Shown here one piece after another: positions 40,855 through 50,353 of a stretch of 64,000 nt of DNA. The notes beneath the pieces are model-generated. The model was not told the origin of the DNA and made no database searches. It saw only the letters and a list, made by a program, of their open reading frames with translations. The translations under genes and the position numbers were made by a program. The stretch spans positions 1,024,001 through 1,088,000 of the forward strand of contig CAWCAG010000007.1 of assembly GCA_963793425.1 (NCBI GenBank), read 5' to 3'. The DNA comes from an uncultured cyanobacterium (GTDB lineage Bacteria > Cyanobacteriota > Cyanobacteriia > Cyanobacteriales > CAWCAG01). Each line of letters begins with the position of its first letter. The stretch's first letter is position 1.

Positions 40855-43092
40855 ATGAAAAACTTGTTTCCTATTGCCCAAGATTTGGTTTTAGTTGGTG
40901 GTGGACATTCTCATGTGATCGCTTTGAGAATGTTGGCAATGAATCCTTTGTTGGGGGTACGCCTTACTTTAATCACTGATACATCCCATACTCCCTACTC
41001 AGGGATGTTACCAGGTCATGTGGCTGGTTTTTATAGTTATGATGAAACTCATATTGATTTGCGACGTTTAGCTGAGTTTGCTGGGGCGCATTTATATATA
41101 GATGAAGCGGTTGGTTTGGATGTAGAAAGTAAGCAGGTGATTTGTGCTAATCATCCCCCTGTGAGTTTTGATTATTTATCTATTGATATTGGCAGTACCC
41201 CCCAAGCGATCAAGGTTCCTGGGGCGCAAAAGTGGGCGACTCCTGCTAAACCTGTGCCTCAGTTTTTGGCTAGCTGGAATCGCTTGTGTGCAGAAGTTAG
41301 TAATAGTCCTGAGCAAGCTATTAGTTTAGCCATTGTGGGCGGCGGTGCTGGGGGTGTGGAATTGGCTTTGAATATGCAAAGGCATTTGCATGATTTACTT
41401 AAGCAAAGTCAGCAGGATGTTAATAATTTAACTATTCATCTTTTCCATCGTGGTCAAGAATTATTATCTCATCATAACTCTTGGGTAAGTAAGCGTTTAG
41501 AAAAGATTTTAATTAAGCGAGGTATTCAATTACATTTGCAAGAAGATGTGGTGGAAATAACGGCTACATCTGGTAATTATAAAAGAGTAATTTGTCAATC
41601 TGGTTTAAAGAAAGAATGCAACTTTATGTTTTGGGTAACTAATGCTGCTGCGCCAGATTGGATTAAAGAATCTGGTTTAAGCACGGATAGTAAAGGCTTT
41701 GTTTTAGTTAAAGATACTCTGCAATCTCTTTCTCACCCTAACATCTTTGCCGCAGGAGATATTGCCACCATGCAAAATTATTCTCGTCCTAAAGCGGGGG
41801 TTTTTGCTGTGCGGCAAGGTAAACCTTTAGCTGAAAATCTGCGGCATATTCTATTAGGAGAAACATTAGATTTGTATGTTCCTCAAAAACGCTATCTCGC
41901 TTTAATTGGAACGGGGGATAAACAGGCGATCGCATCTTGGTGGCGTTTGGGTTGGCAATCTGCTTGGTTGTGGCAGCGGAAGGATCATATTGATCGCAAG
42001 TTTATGAATCTGTTTGCAGATTTGCCTAGTATGGCAACGGAAACTCAAGCAGATAATCCTCCCTTAATGCCCTGTGCTGGATGTGGTTCTAAGGTTGGCA
42101 GTAGAGTATTAGACTCTGTTTTGAAAAAGCTACAAATTACAGAGAATGAAAATATAATCATCGGCATTAATAACCCTGATGATGCTGCCATTGTTAAGGT
42201 TCCGAAAGGTAAATTAATTGTCCATACCGTTGACTATTTTCCTAGTTTAATTAATGACCCATTTGTTTTTGGACAAATTGCTACCAACCATTGTTTAAGC
42301 GACATTTTCGCCATGGGAGCAACACCTCAAACTGCCTTAGCAATAGTGACAATTCCCTATGGCATTGAAGAGAAAGTTGCCGAAACCCTTTATCAATTAC
42401 TTTCTGGGGCTAATAAAATTTTGCAACAGAGTAAAACTTCTTTGGTAGGGGGTCATACGATCGAAGGAAAAGAACTATCTTTTGGTTTGAGTTGCAATGG
42501 TTTGATAGAACCAGATCAATTACTAAAAAAAAGCAATTTGCAACCAGGACAAATATTAATTTTAACCAAAGCAATCGGAACCGGAACCTTATTTGCCGCT
42601 AATATGCGTTACCAAGCGAAGGGAAGATGGATAGAAAAAGCAGTAGAATCAATGCTCATATCTAACCAAAAAGCTGCTGAAATTTTCCTTAAATATGGTG
42701 CAACAGCTTGTACAGATATTACAGGTTTTGGTTTATTAGGGCATTTAATAGAAATGGTTAAAGCTTCCCAAATTAATCTCGAATTAGATTTAAAAAAAAT
42801 CCCCATTTTACTAGGGGCGATTCCCACTATTAAAAAAGGTCTTACCAGTTCTTTACAAGCCCAAAACCTCCGCGCCGCAACCTATATTCAAAATGTTTCA
42901 GAAGTGAGCCATCAACCAGAGTATCAACTGCTTTTTGACCCGCAAACTTCTGGTGGTTTATTAGCAACATTACCTCCAGAAAAAGCTGAGTTTTGTTTAA
43001 GAGAGTTGCAACAACAAGGTTATAAAGATAGTAGTTTGATTGGTATAGTTTTGCCTTATAAATCTCAGGTTACACCAGTTTTAATTTGCTGA
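40855..43092 (+). CDS. selD: FAD/NAD oxidoreductase-selenophosphate synthetase fusion
   Basis: N-half: LVLVGGGHSH, GGGAGGVE, FAAGD; C-half: CAGCGSK, DDAA, TVDYF, LTKAIGTG, TDITGFGLLGH, DPQTSGGLL. Confidence 0.92.
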   Translation: MKNLFPIAQDLVLVGGGHSHVIALRMLAMNPLLGVRLTLITDTSHTPYSGMLPGHVAGFYSYDETHIDLRRLAEFAGAHLYIDEAVGLDVESKQVICANHPPVSFDYLSIDIGSTPQAIKVPGAQKWATPAKPVPQFLASWNRLCAEVSNSPEQAISLAIVGGGAGGVELALNMQRHLHDLLKQSQQDVNNLTIHLFHRGQELLSHHNSWVSKRLEKILIKRGIQLHLQEDVVEITATSGNYKRVICQSGLKKECNFMFWVTNAAAPDWIKESGLSTDSKGFVLVKDTLQSLSHPNIFAAGDIATMQNYSRPKAGVFAVRQGKPLAENLRHILLGETLDLYVPQKRYLALIGTGDKQAIASWWRLGWQSAWLWQRKDHIDRKFMNLFADLPSMATETQADNPPLMPCAGCGSKVGSRVLDSVLKKLQITENENIIIGINNPDDAAIVKVPKGKLIVHTVDYFPSLINDPFVFGQIATNHCLSDIFAMGATPQTALAIVTIPYGIEEKVAETLYQLLSGANKILQQSKTSLVGGHTIEGKELSFGLSCNGLIEPDQLLKKSNLQPGQILILTKAIGTGTLFAANMRYQAKGRWIEKAVESMLISNQKAAEIFLKYGATACTDITGFGLLGHLIEMVKASQINLELDLKKIPILLGAIPTIKKGLTSSLQAQNLRAATYIQNVSEVSHQPEYQLLFDPQTSGGLLATLPPEKAEFCLRELQQQGYKDSSLIGIVLPYKSQVTPVLIC

Positions 43093-43096
43093 ACTA

Positions 43097-43141
43097 TAGG
43101 GCTACTTCAGGAGCATCTTAATTTTAACGCACCTGCCCTAC
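43097..43141 (-). repeat. GTAG-type REP-like imperfect palindrome
   Basis: Minus strand GTAGGGCAGGTGCG…GCTCCTG…GCCCTA. Confidence 0.45.
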
Positions 43142-43226
43142 AACAAGCTTCACAGGGTAATATCTCTGCGAATCACAGATGAGATAATAGATAAGTAGTG
43201 TAGTCGTTATTAGTATTGCTTAACCC

Positions 43227-43793
43227 ATGATTGCTATTTCTCAACAACCTCCAAAAATGACCATTGAGGAATATCTCCTCTGGGAACCTCAACAAGATAT
43301 GCGCTATGAATATATCAATGGGGAAATCTTTGGTATGACTGGGGGAACAATCCCTCATAATGATATTGCCCTCAACTTTTATCGGTTTTTGTATCCCTAT
43401 ACTCGTTCCCAAGGCTGTAAAGTAAACGTTGCAGATGTTAAAGTGCAAGTCAGTTCTCAAAGTCCCTATTACTATCCTGATGTTGTTGTTAGTTGCAGCC
43501 CTGAAGACGTTAATGCCCGTGATTTTATTCAGCAACCCAAACTGATTGCTGAAGTGCTTTCTCCTGGTACAAGCGCTAAGGATAGGGGAGAAAAACTCAC
43601 CAACTATTTGACAATACCTGGTTTGCAAGAATATCTCTTAATTGATTCAGTAAAGATATCCGTTGAACGCTACTCTAGGGGAAAAGGAAGGATGTGGCTT
43701 TACTATCCCTATGCTGCTAGAGATAAAATTACTTTAACAAGTCTGGAACTTGAATTAACTATTGAGCAGCTTTATGAAGGGGTAACTAAATGA
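43227..43793 (+). CDS. Uma2 family putative endonuclease
   Basis: MTIEEYL…YEYINGEIFGMTGGT..H, YYPDVVV, AEVLSPGT..DRGEK. Confidence 0.92.
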   Translation: MIAISQQPPKMTIEEYLLWEPQQDMRYEYINGEIFGMTGGTIPHNDIALNFYRFLYPYTRSQGCKVNVADVKVQVSSQSPYYYPDVVVSCSPEDVNARDFIQQPKLIAEVLSPGTSAKDRGEKLTNYLTIPGLQEYLLIDSVKISVERYSRGKGRMWLYYPYAARDKITLTSLELELTIEQLYEGVTK

Positions 43794-43805
43794 ATGAATA
43801 GGAGG

Positions 43806-43961
43806 CTAATTAACAGCAAATTCAATATCAGGTCTAATTTTTTGACTTTTAGGAATGCTTGTTCTAACTAAATAATCAGCAATACCATCCTTTAAACCAT
43901 CCCGATGTATCCAAACTTTGTCATCAATAACTGGTGTTAAGGCTGCTTCAAGTTCAATATC
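43806..43961 (-). pseudogene. XisI-family remnant (not in ORF track)
   Basis: Minus-strand translation DIELE…VIDDKVWIHRDGLKDGIADYLVRTSIPKSQKIRPDIEFAVN-stop resembles the XisI KIWIQxDG.E.GIA..L…GIPK motif; no start codon. Confidence 0.7.
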
Positions 43962-43987
43962 GTAGGTTGGGTAACAAATTATCCAAC
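43962..43987 (+). repeat. GTAG-type REP-like element
   Basis: GTAG + GTTGGGTAA-CAAA-TTATCCAAC hairpin. Confidence 0.6.
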
Positions 43988-44003
43988 ATTATATAATTTT
44001 ATT

Positions 44004-45917
44004 ATGACTATTTTCACTCTACAATCTGTTCAAAAAGACTTTGGGACAAAAGAAATCCTCAAAGATGCTAGCTTCAGCCTTGAGGCTGGGGATAAAGTTG
44101 GTTTAATTGGTACTAATGGTTCCGGCAAATCTACTTTACTAAAAATGATTGCGGGGTTAGAACCCATTGACGGGGGAAAAATAATTGTTAATCCTGAAAC
44201 GAGAATTGCTTATTTACCTCAGCAACCAGACTTAGATGAAAAGCTTACGGTTTTGCAACAGGTTTTCGCTGATAGTAGTGAGCAAATGGATTTAATTCGG
44301 GAGTATGAAAAACTTTCGAGAAACTTAGCAAAACAACCAGAAAATAAACAACTTCTGAGCAAATTGTCTCAAGTTAGCCAACAAATAGAAACCCTCAATG
44401 CTTGGGATTTAGAAACTGATGCCAAAATTATTTTAACTAAATTAGGGATTGTTGATTTTGAGGCGGTTGTTGGTACTTTATCTGGTGGTTATCGTAAGCG
44501 TATTGCCTTAGCGACGGCTCTTCTTTCTCAGCCGGAAGTTTTACTTATGGATGAGCCTACTAACCATTTAGATGCTCTTTCTGTAGAGTGGTTACAAGGT
44601 TATTTAAGCAGTTATCGTGGGGCGATTTTATTAATTACCCACGACCGTTATTTTTTGGACAAGGTTACTAATCGCATCATCGAAATAGATCGAGGAGATT
44701 TTTATAATTATGCTGGGAATTATGCTTATTATTTAGAGAAAAAAGCTTTAGCTGAAGAATCCACTGCAAGTAGTCAGCGGAAGTATCAAGGAGTATTACG
44801 GCGAGAATTAGCTTGGTTAAGACAGGGGCCAAAAGCGCGAAGCACAAAGCAAAGAGCGCGAATTGAACGTATTGATGAAATGAAGGAGCAGGAGTTTAAG
44901 GAACCCCAAGGAAAAGTAGAAATCACCACTGCTAATCGTCGTATTGGCAAGAAAGTAATTGAATTAGAAAATATTAGTAAAAGCTACGACAATCGTAATT
45001 TAATTAAGGATTTTACTTACCTATTTAATTCTGATGATCGCATTGGTATTATTGGTAGTAATGGGGCCGGTAAGTCTACTTTAATGGATATCATTACCCA
45101 ACGTCTTGAACCCGATGTAGGAACAGTAGAGGTAGGTAGTACAATTCATTTTGGCTATTTTGACCAACATTCAGAAGATTTACTCGCAGCCTTAAATGAA
45201 GAGCAAAGGGTAATTGAATATCTTAAAGAGGCGGGGGAGTTAGTAGAAACAAATGATGGTCAGGTGATTAGTGCTTCACAAATGTTGGAGCGTTTTCTTT
45301 TCCCTCCTAACCAACAATATGTTCCTATTAATAAGCTCTCTGGAGGCGAAAAACGACGCTTATTTCTTTTAAGGGTATTAATGGGCGCTCCTAATGTTTT
45401 AATTCTTGATGAACCCACCAATGATTTAGATGTCCAAACCCTAGCAGTTTTGGAAGAATATTTAACTGAATTTAATGGTTGTGTAATTGTCGTTTCTCAT
45501 GACCGCTACTTCTTGGATAGAACTGTTAATGCTATTTTTGCTTTAGAAACTGGGGGGAATATTCGTCGCTATCCTGGTAATTATTCTGTTTACCTAGATT
45601 ATCAAAAAGCGAAGGAAAAGGAAGCCCCGGAAGTTAAAACCACAAGTGTAAAAACCAAGACAAGTAAATCAAAAAACAAAACTAATAATAAACCAAGACG
45701 ACTATCGAATTGGGAAAGGAAAACTTTTACCGAATTAGAAGAGCAAATTACTAAGTTAGAAGCAGAGAAAGAAGAGGTAGAAAAATCCCTCTATAATGCT
45801 CCTCCAGGCAAAGTCCAAGAAGTTAAAGAGTTATATGAAAAGTTGCAAGATTTAACGGATAAAATAGATGTGGCGACGGAGAAATGGTTAGAGTTGGCGG
45901 AAAGGGAATCTGGCTAA
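44004..45917 (+). CDS. ABC-F family ATPase (Uup-like)
   Basis: Two NBDs (GTNGSGKS/LSGG/DEPTNHLD; GSNGAGKS/LSGGE/DEPTNDLD), GPKARSTKQ linker, coiled-coil C-terminus, no TM. Confidence 0.93.
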   Translation: MTIFTLQSVQKDFGTKEILKDASFSLEAGDKVGLIGTNGSGKSTLLKMIAGLEPIDGGKIIVNPETRIAYLPQQPDLDEKLTVLQQVFADSSEQMDLIREYEKLSRNLAKQPENKQLLSKLSQVSQQIETLNAWDLETDAKIILTKLGIVDFEAVVGTLSGGYRKRIALATALLSQPEVLLMDEPTNHLDALSVEWLQGYLSSYRGAILLITHDRYFLDKVTNRIIEIDRGDFYNYAGNYAYYLEKKALAEESTASSQRKYQGVLRRELAWLRQGPKARSTKQRARIERIDEMKEQEFKEPQGKVEITTANRRIGKKVIELENISKSYDNRNLIKDFTYLFNSDDRIGIIGSNGAGKSTLMDIITQRLEPDVGTVEVGSTIHFGYFDQHSEDLLAALNEEQRVIEYLKEAGELVETNDGQVISASQMLERFLFPPNQQYVPINKLSGGEKRRLFLLRVLMGAPNVLILDEPTNDLDVQTLAVLEEYLTEFNGCVIVVSHDRYFLDRTVNAIFALETGGNIRRYPGNYSVYLDYQKAKEKEAPEVKTTSVKTKTSKSKNKTNNKPRRLSNWERKTFTELEEQITKLEAEKEEVEKSLYNAPPGKVQEVKELYEKLQDLTDKIDVATEKWLELAERESG

Positions 45918-45996
45918 GTAATAAGTAATAAATTCATTTTGTGAATATTGCTATAATAAATAAGTTTTTAATAGAAAAACTTCAAATCTGCCCTTT

Positions 45997-47298
45997 ATGA
46001 ATAATCAGCTTGATAAACTTTCTCCAACTGAAAAACGGCAATGGTTTCTGCAACAAATGGAGGCAAAAGATTTAAGTATTCAACAGAACATTGCAGGGCA
46101 AGATTTGAGGGGAATTGATTTAAGTGGCATCGACTTTACAACTTTGCAAGTAGGCTCATGCTTCTCTTTTCGTGGTTGCCAACTTCAAGGGGCTAACTTT
46201 TCCGGTTCTCAGCTTAAAAATGTTAAATTTGAAGGAGCTAATTTAGAGGGAGCAAACTTTAGTAATGTAACGGCTACTCACTGCGATTTTAGTTATACAG
46301 ATACATCCCATCCTCATCTAAAAAGTATCAACCGCCAAAATAGTACCTTAATTGATGCTCCTAACCTGAAAAATATCAACTGCCGAAATAGTACCCTGAT
46401 TGATGTTAATTTCCGGGGCTGTAATCTAGAACAAGCTAACTTTGAAAATGCTTATATTAACGGTCATTTTTCCGGTTCAAAATTAGACAGAGCCAACTTT
46501 CGCAAAGCCTGTTTTGCTGGGGTTTGTTTTGATGAAACTAACATTCCTCAAGCAAACTTTAGTAATGCAACTTTCATCGCTGCCAAAAGCGATAAACATC
46601 ATCCCAACAGAAACTCTTTTGCTGGTGCTTGCCTCAACGATTCTGACCTGCAACAAATTACTTTTGAAACCCACGTCAACTTTGCCAATTCTGAACTTCA
46701 AAGAACAAATTTGAAGGGAATTGATTTCTCCGTTAAAGAGGGAAGTACTCATGGTTTTGTTTCCTTTTATGCAGCTAACCTCAAAGATGCTTTAATGCCA
46801 GAAAACTGGATTGAGCAAATACCTAAACATAAAATCCATCTAGCCACCTTACCCGATGGCACATTTTATAAATACGAGGAATCTGATTGGCATAAGGTTC
46901 CTTTCCTTAGAAATTTACCCTTACCCCTGCAAAAGTTAATAAGTCTTGCCTTGTGGCTAGTTTTACTGGGATTGTCAATTCTATTACTGAAGGGAATTTT
47001 AGATTTAGCTTACCAAGTTGGAATCTGGAGCTTTGGATTTGCACCAGTTTTAATGACAATTCTCGCCACAATAGTTTATAGAGGCTTTCAATCTAAACCT
47101 AAAACTGCTTATAATTCTTGGGATTTTAGCTTTCTTGTATTTGGATTTCCTATTGCCCTTTTATTACTAGAAATTCCTTTCATTTTAATTGGACTATCTA
47201 TCAACAATATCCCCCTACTAGCTTCTATCTTTTATAGCTTGATAGGAATACCCATCGCCTTCATCTTCTTAGGCTTCCTCAAAGAAATTTTTCGATGA
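45997..47298 (+). CDS. Pentapeptide-repeat protein with C-terminal 4-TM region
   Basis: A(N/D)(L/F)xx repeats, ATLPDGT cap, hydrophobic C-terminus. Confidence 0.85.
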   Translation: MNNQLDKLSPTEKRQWFLQQMEAKDLSIQQNIAGQDLRGIDLSGIDFTTLQVGSCFSFRGCQLQGANFSGSQLKNVKFEGANLEGANFSNVTATHCDFSYTDTSHPHLKSINRQNSTLIDAPNLKNINCRNSTLIDVNFRGCNLEQANFENAYINGHFSGSKLDRANFRKACFAGVCFDETNIPQANFSNATFIAAKSDKHHPNRNSFAGACLNDSDLQQITFETHVNFANSELQRTNLKGIDFSVKEGSTHGFVSFYAANLKDALMPENWIEQIPKHKIHLATLPDGTFYKYEESDWHKVPFLRNLPLPLQKLISLALWLVLLGLSILLLKGILDLAYQVGIWSFGFAPVLMTILATIVYRGFQSKPKTAYNSWDFSFLVFGFPIALLLLEIPFILIGLSINNIPLLASIFYSLIGIPIAFIFLGFLKEIFR

Positions 47299-47303
47299 AG
47301 CAA

Positions 47304-48080
47304 TTAAACTTGATAAAAAACCTTATCCTTTTGAGAATATTCCCAAGCAATAGCTTCAGGATCTTTACTTTTACTCCATTGAGAAAAATCACTTTCAATT
47401 CTTCTTTTTGCTATAGTACTAGGATGAACTCCTAAGCGTTTAGCTAGTTCTGCTTGAATCAGAAAAGAGTCATTTTCTGTCTGGATTTCTTCTTCTTGCG
47501 ACTCTCGAATTTCTCCTTGAACAATGCCTTGAACTTGACTAGGTTTTAAAGGAGTTTCTCTTACAGGAGTTTCTGTCAGTGTTGATGATTCGGCATGAAC
47601 AACCTCTAAATCTGGCTCAATTAAATCTTCAAACTCTGAGTTTGCTGAAGTAAAAACCTCCTCTTGATCTGGCAACAAAGGAAGAGGTTCACTGTCATCA
47701 AGAATACTTCCTAAAGCACTAGCTGTAAGAAAATAATAAACGGCTCCTTTATTCTCGTAATCTTGACGTTGAGCGCCATATTCCTCTGCTTTCTTCTCTA
47801 AAAATCTTTGTGCTGCTGCCCCTGTTAAATTAGCTTTAACTGATAAATCAACCGCAGTCAAACAACCTTGATTTTCCCTAATCAACTGGTTAAAAAAAGG
47901 ATTGACTTCTTGACTCCATTGCTTCCATTGATAGTGTTGCCAAACTGTCCAAGCAATACCAAAAACTATAATCCCCAAAACAAAAGGCCAAGCCACAAAC
48001 AAAAATACCAACACTAAAGCAATGGGAAGGATCAGAATAAGAGCCGTATTTGCACCGTTGTCTAAAATTTTTCCAGTCAT
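47304..48080 (-). CDS. Membrane hypothetical protein with C-terminal HTH-like motif
   Basis: N-terminal TM hairpin; QAELAKRLGVHPSTIAKRR…WSKSKDPEAIAWEY. Confidence 0.7.
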   Translation of the reverse strand: MTGKILDNGANTALILILPIALVLVFLFVAWPFVLGIIVFGIAWTVWQHYQWKQWSQEVNPFFNQLIRENQGCLTAVDLSVKANLTGAAAQRFLEKKAEEYGAQRQDYENKGAVYYFLTASALGSILDDSEPLPLLPDQEEVFTSANSEFEDLIEPDLEVVHAESSTLTETPVRETPLKPSQVQGIVQGEIRESQEEEIQTENDSFLIQAELAKRLGVHPSTIAKRRIESDFSQWSKSKDPEAIAWEYSQKDKVFYQV

Positions 48081-48092
48081 AATTGTAAGTTA

Positions 48093-48141
48093 AGGGAGTA
48101 GGGAGCAGGGAGCGGGGAGTAGGGTAGAGTAGAGTAGAGTA
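48093..48141. repeat. Heptamer (AGGGAG[T/C]) and pentamer (GTAGA) tandem repeats
   Basis: Direct reading. Confidence 0.7.
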
Positions 48142-48182
48142 AGTTTTATCTGCTAGTTTTTCCCCTGTTACTTCCTGATAAT

Positions 48183-48962
48183 CTATTGTGTAACCTCTAG
48201 TTTCTTAAACATTGCTTGGCGGGCTTTTAAGGCTAAGGAATCATCAAGTTGAGTTAGAGAAATTGCTTTTTGATACTTACGTCTCAAAGCCGTTTGAATT
48301 AACCAATCGGCAAGAAAGGGATTTTTGGGTAACAATGGTCCATGAGAATAGGTGGCGATCGCATTATGATAAAAAGCGCCTTCTGTACCATCTTCTCCAT
48401 TATTACCATAGCCTTTAATCACTTTACCTAAAGGTAGAACTTCTCCTAAATAAGTTCTACCACCATGATTTTCAAAACCTACTATAACTGGGGGTTTTCC
48501 GAGCATTTCTTTCAAGTCCTCAGCTAAAGGGTTAGCTGTAATTTCAAAGACAACATTACCAATACAACGACGGGCTTCAAAACCAGGGTGCTTACTTACC
48601 AAATCCAACAAGCCCAAGCCTTCAATTTTTTTACCTAAAGCAGGTTCGTAGTAATGCCCTAAAAGTTGGGGGGAACCACAGGTAAATACGCCGGGAGTTC
48701 CTGCTTCAATTATATTACGTATTGCTTCGGCTTTAGCTCCTAGTAAGTCCCGCATCACAATTTCTTGTTGCCGATCCTGAGCGCCACCACCGACTAAAAT
48801 ATCAATATTGTAAAAAGCTTCAGCATAACTTTCGTGATCAAGGGGAACAACAAAAACATCAATAGAGCGCCACTGACAGCGACTTTTTAAACAGAGTACA
48901 TTACCCCTATCCCCATAGGTACTCATCAATTTAGGATAAAGCCAGCCAATTGTTATTTCCAT
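48183..48962 (-). CDS. gatD: Type 1 glutamine amidotransferase, GatD/CobQ-like
   Basis: LYP.LMSTYGDRGN, GGGAQDRQQ, catalytic TCGSPQLLG, GFENHGGRT, YSHGPLLPKNP. Confidence 0.8.
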   Translation of the reverse strand: MEITIGWLYPKLMSTYGDRGNVLCLKSRCQWRSIDVFVVPLDHESYAEAFYNIDILVGGGAQDRQQEIVMRDLLGAKAEAIRNIIEAGTPGVFTCGSPQLLGHYYEPALGKKIEGLGLLDLVSKHPGFEARRCIGNVVFEITANPLAEDLKEMLGKPPVIVGFENHGGRTYLGEVLPLGKVIKGYGNNGEDGTEGAFYHNAIATYSHGPLLPKNPFLADWLIQTALRRKYQKAISLTQLDDSLALKARQAMFKKLEVTQ

Positions 48963-49095
48963 TACTTCGCTGTTGATTTAATTTGTTTTTCCCTACAGAT
49001 TAGGGAATTCCTAATCGGGAAAATTGTATCAATAATTCAGTTATTAATGTAGTGCTTGCCGTTGTTAAACATCAGTTATCGCTTTTGTTGTTTAG

Positions 49096-50262
49096 TTGTT
49101 TATGTTAATGAAAAAACTTATTCTTAAATTAAATAATTGGTTAGAAAGCCGTTTTTGCACTCCTTCTTATGCTGGTTGGATACTAGGAGGCATTGGTATT
49201 TCTTTTTTTGGTGCTGCTACTAACACGATGGTAGGGTGGCTTTATGCTATGAGTGGCATTATCTTCTCCTTATTAGGTTTAGCTGCTGTTTTAGCTTGGC
49301 GATCACTCAAAGATATGCAAATTCGTCGCTTGCCTATTTTACCTATTAGTGCCGGGGATCAACTGACTATAACTGTAGAAGTGATTAATGATAGTCAGAA
49401 GCCGAAAACTTTGCTGCAAGTTTGGGATCTTTTGCCCTTTGTCCTTTCTCCACCTCAGCAAGTTGCCATTGAGTTAATTGCTGCGGCGGGTAAATATAAT
49501 TGGGTTTATCATCTCACACCCCGAAGGCGGGGGGTTTATCGTTGGGGTGAAGTGCAGTTACGTACAGGAAATCCTTTAGGATTGTTTTGGTGTCGCCGCA
49601 GTCGAGAAGTACTGAGTAAAGCCGTTGTTTATCCCCAGGTTTTACTCTTAAAAAGTTGTCCTTTAGTAGATTCTTTAGGCCAAGACGAAAGTAATCAATT
49701 TATTAGTGAAAGTCGCTACCAATCTTCAACAGAAGGTTTAACCAGAGCTTTACGTCCCTACCGCATTGGTGATCCAACCCGCCTCATACATTGGCGTAGT
49801 AGCGCCCGTTATGGCGATTTAAGGGTAAGAGAATTAGAAATAGCTACCGGAGGGGAAGAAGTAATTATCTGTCTTGATAGCGCTTCTAGCTGGGAATCAG
49901 AGGCTTTTGAAAATGCTGTCATTGCCGCAGCTTCCCTTTATTTCTATGCTGCCTCCTGTCATATGGATGCCAAACTCTGGAGTGCAAGTACAGGATTAAT
50001 CCAAGGGCAACAAATAGTTTTGGAAACTTTAGCTGGGATCGCCCAAGGAGAAAACTTGCTTAATCATCAACTCCCCTCCCAACCGATTATTTGGTTGACA
50101 GCTAACCCTTCCAGCCTCAATTCTATTCCTAAAGGTAGCCGCTGGCTTCTTTTCCCAGCTAATGCTGAAGCAATGCCCCAACTAAGCAAACTCCCTATTC
50201 CCGGCCTAATCATCAACCCAGAACAACCATTACAAACCCAACTAACCAGCAAACCGCATTGA
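49096..50262 (+). CDS. DUF58 domain protein
   Basis: Two N-terminal TMs, RRGVY, PLGLF, LRPYRIGDPTRLIHWRSSAR. Confidence 0.88.
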   Translation: MFMLMKKLILKLNNWLESRFCTPSYAGWILGGIGISFFGAATNTMVGWLYAMSGIIFSLLGLAAVLAWRSLKDMQIRRLPILPISAGDQLTITVEVINDSQKPKTLLQVWDLLPFVLSPPQQVAIELIAAAGKYNWVYHLTPRRRGVYRWGEVQLRTGNPLGLFWCRRSREVLSKAVVYPQVLLLKSCPLVDSLGQDESNQFISESRYQSSTEGLTRALRPYRIGDPTRLIHWRSSARYGDLRVRELEIATGGEEVIICLDSASSWESEAFENAVIAAASLYFYAASCHMDAKLWSASTGLIQGQQIVLETLAGIAQGENLLNHQLPSQPIIWLTANPSSLNSIPKGSRWLLFPANAEAMPQLSKLPIPGLIINPEQPLQTQLTSKPH

Positions 50263-50352
50263 ACATTGTTGGCGCAAGCCTTGCCGTAGGCTACATTAAA
50301 CATTAAACATTGAACATTGTTCGGCTTTGCCGTTGCCGTTAGGCATCATTGA
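50257..50352. repeat. Composite intergenic repeat: (ACATT[G/A]A) heptamers with two GCCGTAGGC mini-hairpins
   Basis: CATTGAACATTGTT and TTGCCGTAGGC each occur twice. Confidence 0.65.
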
Positions 50353-50353
50353 A

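Noticed and set aside
42064..42095. Possible selenocysteine codon in the SelD active site
   Set aside because: The motif is encoded by TGT codons (CAGC); there is no in-frame TGA
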